Positions 49,301-56,680 of a stretch of 64,000 nucleotides of DNA are shown here, in pieces. The position numbers were made by a program, and so were the translations under genes. Positions within the stretch are counted from its first letter, which is position 1; each line of letters opens with the position of its first letter. Source of the DNA: a virus; IMG/VR virus record IMGVR_UViG_3300009376_000001; one strand, written 5' to 3'. The notes below the pieces were generated by a model that saw only the letters and a list, made by a program, of their open reading frames with translations, did not search any database and had not been told where the DNA came from.

Positions 49301-50631
49301 TAACTAACCCTCCGCCATTCAGGTAAATCAATTTCGTATTCATGACCACACCACAAATTCACCCTCATGACACCTTTTTGGAAGTCATACGTGGGGTCCT
49401 TGGCTCCATCATCACTCCCACATTCAGCGCAAATCGCACCCGGAGAAGTGAGTTCAACTTCAACTATGTTTGAAGCTTTTTGTAATTTAATTGCTAAAGC
49501 ATTATTAGCAGCATTCACCTCTTTCAGATAAAGCCGACCTTGTTCTCCACCTGGATTAGATGGAGCAGATATTTTTGAAAATTCTAAATAAGTCTGATTG
49601 ACCCAAGCACTTCCTGTATACTGTAAAAAGTTATCATCAGCAGCAGAAGAGATGGTCACATCATCCATTTCAGCTAATGTATCCTGAGCAGCAGCGACTG
49701 TATCTACATACGCTTTAATACTTTGTTGTGAAGCTAAGTGTGTAGCTGAATTGGAAGCCATATTATCTTCATCTTTAATCGCCGTACCGCTAATGCCTGT
49801 AGCATTAAGAGTGAAGGCTGCAGTTGAAGATAAAGTCATTGCTCTCTGAAAGGCCATAATTCCATCAGTCCATACTAACTGACTAGTAGCCCCGACAGTA
49901 ATTCCTAATGAATTGTCATTATGTGTATAGGTAATCTGTCCAACGTTATTATCTGCAGCATCTCCAAATAGAATTCCACCTTGTGTAGGAGCTAAGATGG
50001 AGATTAAAGCTGTGCCACTATCTTCTAAAGTTAATAGGGTATTAGTTGCAGCAACAACAGAACCAGCGGTAGCACCCCATAAATGTAAAAGAGTGTCAGG
50101 ACTTGGAGCACCTGTACGACCTAGAATTACATCAGCCGTGCCTGGAACTATCCATTTTATATCAGTTCCATCAGACGATAAATCTGTATCGGCTCCACTA
50201 TTTCCTAACTGGATAGAAACATTGTCAGGTAGAACAATATCTCCACTAGAAAAACTAGTGGTTACATTACCTGCAGAAGAAGAACTAATTTCCCATACGT
50301 CAGTTAGAGTATTACCTGTTTGAACCGCCCAAACTACTTTAGAATCTTTAGTATTAGAAGTAACATCATTCGCCGTCCAAGTCATACGAGCAAATTCAGA
50401 TTGTGAACCGCCTGAATCTTCTAATGTATACGTTATATAACCATTATCCCCATCCGCAGCGGTGCCTCGATTAGCTCCCTTAAAAATAGCTACTTGATTA
50501 GATGCAGCATCATTAGCATTTTGTACCGATAAAGCTGCACCAGTTGAGTTAGCCGTAGCAGTTAATGATGGCTCACTATCAGCAAAGGAAAATACCCGTA
50601 AGGGATATATTTGTCGAAGTTCTGATGGCAT
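49300..50631 (-). CDS. Fibre protein with C-terminal CxxC/CxH domain
   Basis: DEDNMASNSAT.L..QQSIKAYVD motif; C-terminus paralogous to 47099. Confidence 0.7.
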   Translation of the reverse strand: MPSELRQIYPLRVFSFADSEPSLTATANSTGAALSVQNANDAASNQVAIFKGANRGTAADGDNGYITYTLEDSGGSQSEFARMTWTANDVTSNTKDSKVVWAVQTGNTLTDVWEISSSSAGNVTTSFSSGDIVLPDNVSIQLGNSGADTDLSSDGTDIKWIVPGTADVILGRTGAPSPDTLLHLWGATAGSVVAATNTLLTLEDSGTALISILAPTQGGILFGDAADNNVGQITYTHNDNSLGITVGATSQLVWTDGIMAFQRAMTLSSTAAFTLNATGISGTAIKDEDNMASNSATHLASQQSIKAYVDTVAAAQDTLAEMDDVTISSAADDNFLQYTGSAWVNQTYLEFSKISAPSNPGGEQGRLYLKEVNAANNALAIKLQKASNIVEVELTSPGAICAECGSDDGAKDPTYDFQKGVMRVNLWCGHEYEIDLPEWRRVS

Positions 50632-50645
50632 TTATTAGCCCCTTA

Positions 50646-51341
50646 TTAGAATGAACGGGCATCGTCAAAGCCTCGGTAGAAGACTCTACAGAATCCTAAA
50701 TCTACTGTAGATGCTCCCCCGGCTTCTGATGCGTTATAAATCATGAAATACGGCTGGATATCAGGCAAATTAGTAGTATGCGTAGCTACCTGATTACCAT
50801 TAATCCAAAATTCTACTTGATTCTCAGTAATAGAAATCTTAAATAGATTTCTATCAGTTAATGTAATAGACGAAGGTAAGTTAACTGTTTCAGTTCCAGC
50901 ACTATCAGTAACTGTCTGAATAGCATCACTGGACAATCCAAAACCAATAAGATCATTGGTAGTACGTAGTCCCGAAGTAGAGTCACTAAATCCCATAAAA
51001 AACGTTGAATTATTGATATTAGCAACGTTAGCGAACTTCGCCTCCCATTCCGCAAACACACCACGAATCATAGATGTATTATTCTGATAGGAGAACTTAC
51101 TAGGAGTAACTCTAAATTGAAATAAAGTACGTAAACGAGCAGTATCACTAGCTGGAACCGTCAATGCCACTTTAGGCATATCAGCGTCGCTAGTTACACG
51201 CTCAATAGTAGAATTAGATCCAGTGTCTCTATTCCACGCACCTGTAAACGTATTATCAGAAGAAGCCCATTGTTCCGTTAAATATTGGAAATAATCTGAC
51301 AGATACGAATTAGACGTTGTATAAACGTTGAAAAAACCCAT
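50646..51341 (-). CDS. Concanavalin/laminin-G-like virion protein
   Basis: F.I......VEFWING..VATHTTNLP. Confidence 0.5.
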   Translation of the reverse strand: MGFFNVYTTSNSYLSDYFQYLTEQWASSDNTFTGAWNRDTGSNSTIERVTSDADMPKVALTVPASDTARLRTLFQFRVTPSKFSYQNNTSMIRGVFAEWEAKFANVANINNSTFFMGFSDSTSGLRTTNDLIGFGLSSDAIQTVTDSAGTETVNLPSSITLTDRNLFKISITENQVEFWINGNQVATHTTNLPDIQPYFMIYNASEAGGASTVDLGFCRVFYRGFDDARSF

Positions 51342-51379
51342 ATCTATATTTTATACCCTACCTAAAATTAATTCTAGGA

Positions 51380-52339
51380 CTAGATTCCTCGGACGTAACC
51401 TATTATGTTACAGGTTTCACCATTTGTATTATTTCTAAAACTAATACTATGTTTCACTATATGTCGTAAATTAATAGCGTTAGCTACGCCAGCTTTTAAC
51501 ACAAAACCAACAGCATCGCCTGTATTCGTAGCCGTTCTATTAAAGTCAATTACTGCATCGTTAGTTAACGAATACAAATAAATATCATGAATTTCCGACA
51601 TACCAGGTTCACGAATCGATACTGACGCATCTTCCGTTCCTATCCAACGAGAAAATCGCTCAATAAGAGGATCTACAAACGTAGTAACCTGAGATGTGGG
51701 AGGGTTAGGATCATTTGTTCCTGCCATACCCATTACATACGCCCAGGCAGGTTCAACCTGAGCATCGTCTACCAAGAATGTAATATCTTGTTGAGAATCA
51801 GTAACAACATAAAAATCTAAAGTAGCATTATCTGTTGTAACTTGATGATTGACAGTAACTCTACCATTCCAGTTATTACCCATAGTGACTTGCGGACCAT
51901 TAACAAAAGTAGTGCCACCGTCACTAGTAGCTCGTCCAATCACTGTTCCTCCGCCACTATGACGCACATAAGCGGAACATGAATACCATCCACGTGGTAA
52001 GCCTGTAACACTATAGTATGCGCCCTCGTTAGCAGCAGCGTCAGCAGTCACACATCTCATACTATAGGTACCAGTACGAGGTGTAGTAGTCTGACGGGTC
52101 ATCGTTGAACCACTCGCTGTCCACCCAGTAGGAGGAGTTCCTATTTCCATGCTAGGATTTGTAATTAAATTCATAGCAGGAGGAGTATTATTCTCTAAAC
52201 TAATCAAATCTTCTGCCGTATTAGCAGAAGCTAATGTCTTATTAATAGGAATAAACTTAGAAAGAGTACCTACGGACTCACGAACTGTTCGAAATTCATG
52301 CTCTGAAAACCTGTACTCAAATCCTCGGTCAATTGGCAT
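51380..52339 (-). CDS. Virion protein with a CBM4-like carbohydrate-binding domain
   Basis: NLITNPSME...GW, Y..SAYV, VDDAQVE. Confidence 0.6.
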   Translation of the reverse strand: MPIDRGFEYRFSEHEFRTVRESVGTLSKFIPINKTLASANTAEDLISLENNTPPAMNLITNPSMEIGTPPTGWTASGSTMTRQTTTPRTGTYSMRCVTADAAANEGAYYSVTGLPRGWYSCSAYVRHSGGGTVIGRATSDGGTTFVNGPQVTMGNNWNGRVTVNHQVTTDNATLDFYVVTDSQQDITFLVDDAQVEPAWAYVMGMAGTNDPNPPTSQVTTFVDPLIERFSRWIGTEDASVSIREPGMSEIHDIYLYSLTNDAVIDFNRTATNTGDAVGFVLKAGVANAINLRHIVKHSISFRNNTNGETCNIIGYVRGI

Positions 52340-52362
52340 TAGTATTCTCCTAAATTACAGGG

Positions 52363-52686
52363 CTAACGTCCCCAGATTGCCCCAATTATTCGTCCATTAG
52401 CTTGATTGGCCCGAATAACAGAAATAGATCCACTAAAAGAAATACCTGTTTCTGTATAACCAGTTCCAGCAGGCATTAACATAGAACTACCATCAGCAGT
52501 CGCATCGCCACCTAGATTGACATATAAGTCATCACGGTCAACCACAAGAGTAATGCGATTTGCTTCTTCCATATAATCAGACACTGTTAATATAGTAGAG
52601 GCATCAGCACTATTAGTCGTTAATGTAAAAGGTTTAAATTTAGTATACGGTTGAACTAATTCAATTGTTTGTCGTAATTTAGCCAC
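52363..52686 (-). CDS. Small virion protein (tandem paralog of 52686..53018)
   Basis: MEEANRIT..V...D.Y.N.GG.AT.DGSSML.PAGTGYTE; GTG start overlapping the upstream TAG. Confidence 0.7.
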   Translation of the reverse strand: MAKLRQTIELVQPYTKFKPFTLTTNSADASTILTVSDYMEEANRITLVVDRDDLYVNLGGDATADGSSMLMPAGTGYTETGISFSGSISVIRANQANGRIIGAIWGR

Positions 52687-53018
52687 TACCTGCCCCAAAT
52701 AGACCCACGAATACGACTATTCGTAGTACCCGCTCTCATAACAGAGATAATTCCAGTAATTTTAATATTTTCTTCGGTGTAACCAGTACCTGCAGGAACT
52801 AACATAGAAGAACCATCACTAGTAGCTGTTCCACCAAAATTAATATACATATCCCCAAATTCTACAACAAACGTAATACGATTAGCTTCTTCCATTAAGC
52901 TGGATACTGTTAATACCGTAGCAGCATTAGCATCAGAAGTAGTAAACGTAAATCCTCTAAACTGAGGCAACGGTTGTTCTAATTCAATCTGGGACCTAAG
53001 TGACGCTATTGTTGTCAT
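52686..53018 (-). CDS. Small virion protein (tandem paralog of 52363..52686)
   Basis: Same motif; both end IWGR. Confidence 0.7.
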   Translation of the reverse strand: MTTIASLRSQIELEQPLPQFRGFTFTTSDANAATVLTVSSLMEEANRITFVVEFGDMYINFGGTATSDGSSMLVPAGTGYTEENIKITGIISVMRAGTTNSRIRGSIWGR

Positions 53019-53214
53019 TATCTTGTCCTGATAGCCTAGCCAAAGTTAAAGAATCAACATAGAACAATTTAGGCTGCCCAATATGCTGATGTCGATATCC
53101 AACTATCGGCAACTCATGGTCGCCGAATTGAACTACGCCAAAATCATATTGCCCTAATTTCTCTCGTTTGACCCGAATCATGAACCAAGTAGCTAATTTA
53201 CTTAGTAAATTCAC
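52996..53214 (-). CDS. Hypothetical protein
   Basis: 72 aa, GTG start with GGAGG RBS. Confidence 0.55.
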   Translation of the reverse strand: MNLLSKLATWFMIRVKREKLGQYDFGVVQFGDHELPIVGYRHQHIGQPKLFYVDSLTLARLSGQDNDNNSVT

Positions 53215-53216
53215 TC

Positions 53217-53399
53217 TTAGTCCTCCAACTTGTCAAATACGCCCAATTGCTTTCCAATTCTTGCCCATTCGGTAGGTTTAATCTGCCCATCGCCCATCGC
53301 AGCAATAATAGAATTTAATAATTCATCTCGATTTTCCACATTCTTAAGTCTTTTAAGAACAGCCTTACCTAATTTAATTGCTGTAAATATTTCAAACAT
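53217..53399 (-). CDS. Hypothetical protein
   Basis: 60 aa; DG.I...EW..IG motif. Confidence 0.55.
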   Translation of the reverse strand: MFEIFTAIKLGKAVLKRLKNVENRDELLNSIIAAMGDGQIKPTEWARIGKQLGVFDKLED

Positions 53400-53402
53400 T
53401 CC

Positions 53403-53654
53403 TTACCTCTCTCCTGAACCACGCTCAGTCTCTAAAATTTTGCCTGCCAAATTGGAGATAGCAACGATACTACCAACACCAGCTGCGCTGATAATACCTT
53501 CCATTTCCATTTGCCAACCAATCCAAGATACCCCTAACCCCAACACCGCAATGATAATCATCCCTAACATTATGTTAGGTCTAATTCGCTTAAGTATGTC
53601 GCCTATACCATTTAAAATCGGACTCATAAGACCCCGCTGTACGTCTTTCTTCAT
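53403..53654 (-). CDS. Two-TM membrane protein (holin-like?)
   Basis: Start re-called at MKKDVQ (GGAG RBS); two hydrophobic helices; charged C-terminus. Confidence 0.55.
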   Translation of the reverse strand: MKKDVQRGLMSPILNGIGDILKRIRPNIMLGMIIIAVLGLGVSWIGWQMEMEGIISAAGVGSIVAISNLAGKILETERGSGER

Positions 53655-53668
53655 AGAATTACTCCATG

Positions 53669-53698
53669 AAAAAAGGGTAGTCAAACTCGACTACCCTT
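53669..53698 (-). terminator. Intrinsic terminator
   Basis: AGGGTAGTC-N6-GACTACCCT followed by a T run on the minus strand. Confidence 0.75.
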
Positions 53699-53772
53699 CT
53701 CAATTACAGAATAAATTCTAAATTTTGAACAACAGTCGAGCTGACTCGTACTACCGTTTAAATTTTAAACTA

Positions 53773-54126
53773 TTAAAAGCCGACTATCAATGCCCTGATA
53801 CGAACACCAGTCAGGTCAACAGCGTTAGCAACCTGAATACTCGGACCGTCAGCCGAAGCGTTAAGGTCAGAATAGGTCATTATCAGTTTATTATTAGTGT
53901 AATCAAACGTAGGACTGTGTCCTAAGTCTGCAGCTGCATCCTCATCAGAAGTATTACTGATTGACTGAGGAGTTAGCAAGACTATGTCAAACCCAATCAA
54001 TCCCATATCCGCAGGAGTCAAAGACTCACCAGCAGTGGGATAACTGGAATCCATATCAATGTCTGCAGTAACAATTCTCTTGTTACCGAAAACTGAACGG
54101 TGAATTTCCGTAATAGTTAGTGCCAT
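53773..54126 (-). CDS. Putative capsid decoration/minor head protein
   Basis: Immediately after the MCP; DSSYPT.GE motif. Confidence 0.55.
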   Translation of the reverse strand: MALTITEIHRSVFGNKRIVTADIDMDSSYPTAGESLTPADMGLIGFDIVLLTPQSISNTSDEDAAADLGHSPTFDYTNNKLIMTYSDLNASADGPSIQVANAVDLTGVRIRALIVGF

Positions 54127-54211
54127 GTTAATACTCCCTTACTGGATACCACCAATCCCGCCCTCAGAGGTTTCCCTCTTACTTCCAGCATCAGAATGTG
54201 TTTATAGATAA

Positions 54212-54244
54212 ATAGGGAAGTCAGTACAAGACTAACTTCCCTAT
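54212..54244 (-). terminator. Long hairpin after the MCP (terminator or 3' stabiliser)
   Basis: AUAGGGAAGUUAGU-N5-ACUGACUUCCCUAU, 14 bp with one G-U pair; weak U tract. Confidence 0.55.
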
Positions 54245-54269
54245 ATTATGTACCGACTGAAGGACTAAA

Positions 54270-55574
54270 TTAGGCGTTCAGGTCAGTAATCTTGGCGTGT
54301 GCGTCCAAACGCAAGGATCGTAGTTCACCGATGGTGTAGAACAATCCACGAAGGACGAATGCGTTTGCCTGGAAGAAGTCTCGGTTGTCGATATACTGCG
54401 TAGGAGCAGCAATAGCGAGTTCCAAGTACCGTGTATCCATGACATAGACATTGCTACCAAGGTTAGCATCTGCAGCCGTGAACGAACCCTGAACATCAGG
54501 ATCGACAATGACTGGGATACCCCTATAAGTAGCCACCTGGAAGCCAGCGTGGGAACCTGGAAGAGTGGATTCGTCGCCGACTTTGACAACAAATTCGCCC
54601 CAGTCCAGATAACGTTGCTGAGCTTGCAACAGGGAAGATAGACGGTCAAACTGGTCATAACCCATCAGAATTACGTCAGGGTCAGCACCGTTTACACGAA
54701 CTTCACGAATGGCCTGGTCTAGCAGGGCCAACGTGAGGTTACGCCCAGTACCACTATTACCAAGAACGGTAGCAGCAGCATTGTGCGCTCCAGCAGCACG
54801 AGTAGTTTGGTTATATACGTCTACGCCGTTAGTAACAGTCACGCCAGCTACGACACGAGCATCTTGTTCGACGATGTCGTCAAGAGAAGTGAAGCCAGCA
54901 CGGCTCTTTACATAAACAATCTCACCGTCAGTCAAGTTTCCGCCACCTGTCCAAGTAGCGTCACTCTGAGCGTCAAGACCGCTATAAGTAAGAGCAGTAT
55001 CACCGATGGTGGTTCCACCGAAAGTGTCACCAACACGGAGAGTGTTACCAGCGGAGATTATTTCACCAGTACCAGAGGCACCAGCAGTCGAGGCGATGGT
55101 CATCGAGCGAAGCAGGAGTTCCTGGTTCAACTCTTTTATGTGGTCCCTAGCAGCAGCTTCTTGCTCAACTGCCAGGTTGTCCCCCATACCACCTTCCAGA
55201 CCGCTCATGATCTGGGACTTGAGTGAGACACCGAAGTCAGTAGCTACGATACGAGGAGCAGAGTCCACGTTGACGTAATTGCTGACATCGACAGTGGGAA
55301 GCGCACCAGTTTCAGTTACGGGACGGGAACGGCTATCGCCCCTATCTGACCGCAAACGCCAACCAGTGGTGGGTCCCCATTGTACTTTCCGAAGAATGTT
55401 CCAAAATCGTGTCTGGTTGTTCAATGCGTCCCAGACTTTACGTCCGTAAGTTGCAGTGAACACATCTGATACCTGAAGGTACGTTTGCTTAGCAAAGTAA
55501 CCAGGTGGCATCAGTGAGCTACGCAGATTTCGCTCCGCAGAAGATATATACTGCGCTATGCTTAGATCAGCCAT
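54270..55574 (-). CDS. Major capsid protein (HK97 fold)
   Basis: Protease-scaffold-MCP order; YG.KVW..LN, E.G.LP, PDVILM, VATYRGIP and GEL motifs; high-expression codon bias. Confidence 0.85.
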   Translation of the reverse strand: MADLSIAQYISSAERNLRSSLMPPGYFAKQTYLQVSDVFTATYGRKVWDALNNQTRFWNILRKVQWGPTTGWRLRSDRGDSRSRPVTETGALPTVDVSNYVNVDSAPRIVATDFGVSLKSQIMSGLEGGMGDNLAVEQEAAARDHIKELNQELLLRSMTIASTAGASGTGEIISAGNTLRVGDTFGGTTIGDTALTYSGLDAQSDATWTGGGNLTDGEIVYVKSRAGFTSLDDIVEQDARVVAGVTVTNGVDVYNQTTRAAGAHNAAATVLGNSGTGRNLTLALLDQAIREVRVNGADPDVILMGYDQFDRLSSLLQAQQRYLDWGEFVVKVGDESTLPGSHAGFQVATYRGIPVIVDPDVQGSFTAADANLGSNVYVMDTRYLELAIAAPTQYIDNRDFFQANAFVLRGLFYTIGELRSLRLDAHAKITDLNA

Positions 55575-56590
55575 TAGCTAGACCTCCCATTTGAAGGTCG
55601 TGGATAGTAATACAAGGTCTGAGGAGTAAGCTCACCAGACTGATTACGCATCCCGTTTACCAGTTTGAAATGCCCTCGGAGGTCATTAGCATCCGTCTGT
55701 TTGACGATTTGTTCGATGCCGTCAACGAATTGTTCAGCAACTTGCTCTTCATCAGACTTTTGGAAAGACTCACCTTCTACACCGATGCGCTGGTCTGGCA
55801 TCATTTGTGTAGAAACGGCTTCAGCTTGCTGCTCTTCACCATAAATGGGAGTGCGAGTAGCCATATCACCGTGAGAAGGATTAAGATTGAAGCTCTTCAA
55901 GCCTTTGCGTATGCCATCTTTGACATCTTTAGCAACGGACTTTTTGAGTTCAGAAATCTCGCCTTGCATTGAAGCATAATGTTGCTTTTCTTGCTCACGA
56001 GAACTTAGAAGACCTTTGATGTCCTTTAGAAGTTCGTTGATGCCATCGGCACTGCGGGCCATGTAATTCTTTTCCATGTCCTCGTCTTCTTCGTCCATCA
56101 TTTCTTCATCGTCGGCAACATCTTCTTCGATATCTTCGACTTCGTCTTCCATTATGTCTTCGTCATCACCATTCTCATGATGATCTTTTTCTAGACCTTC
56201 TGGAATCCGACTGGAATCGCCAGGATACGAGTATCCTCCGGCTCCATGCATGCCATCAGCCCGTGGGCCACCAGCTTGCACTGCTTGTCCATCAACCATA
56301 TGTTTTGCGAAGTCAGCCAAAATAGCTTCAAGATCGCTCTTATGGAGGTATGGATCAGTTCCCTGAGCACCAGCTTTGGTAGAATTGGTACCAGATGAAC
56401 CCATCTGATTCCGACCTACTGTATCGCCACCACTAAGGGGATTTAACTTGTCCACCCAATCATCCGGCAATGCTTTCTGAGAGGCATCTTCGCCACGAAC
56501 ATGGGGTGGATAATTCACTCCATACTCTTTGACGATATACTCTCGCAAAGCCTTCAAGATGGGCAGAAGTTCTGAAGTATTGGAAGCCAT
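55574..56590 (-). CDS. Capsid scaffolding protein
   Basis: Between protease and MCP; acidic tract plus coiled coil; AGGAGG RBS. Confidence 0.65.
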   Translation of the reverse strand: MASNTSELLPILKALREYIVKEYGVNYPPHVRGEDASQKALPDDWVDKLNPLSGGDTVGRNQMGSSGTNSTKAGAQGTDPYLHKSDLEAILADFAKHMVDGQAVQAGGPRADGMHGAGGYSYPGDSSRIPEGLEKDHHENGDDEDIMEDEVEDIEEDVADDEEMMDEEDEDMEKNYMARSADGINELLKDIKGLLSSREQEKQHYASMQGEISELKKSVAKDVKDGIRKGLKSFNLNPSHGDMATRTPIYGEEQQAEAVSTQMMPDQRIGVEGESFQKSDEEQVAEQFVDGIEQIVKQTDANDLRGHFKLVNGMRNQSGELTPQTLYYYPRPSNGRSS

Positions 56591-56680
56591 ACTTTGCCCC
56601 TCCTAATAGGACTAACTATTATAATAGTATAAAATATTATAGGTGTCTATATTTTTACCAAAAAATTGCAATAATTATTT

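Noticed and set aside
28775-50631. Diversity-generating retroelement or invertase shufflon driving fibre variation
   Set aside because: No reverse transcriptase or site-specific recombinase in the window, all cassettes are co-oriented, and I saw no non-coding template repeat with adenine-specific differences.
54166-54195. Hammerhead ribozyme (CUGAUG...GAAA)
   Set aside because: The core reads CUGAUGC rather than CUGANGA, and the GAAA is a hairpin loop rather than a junction strand.
54270-56590. Higher GC in MCP/scaffold as a sign of horizontal transfer
   Set aside because: More simply explained by codon optimisation of highly expressed genes.
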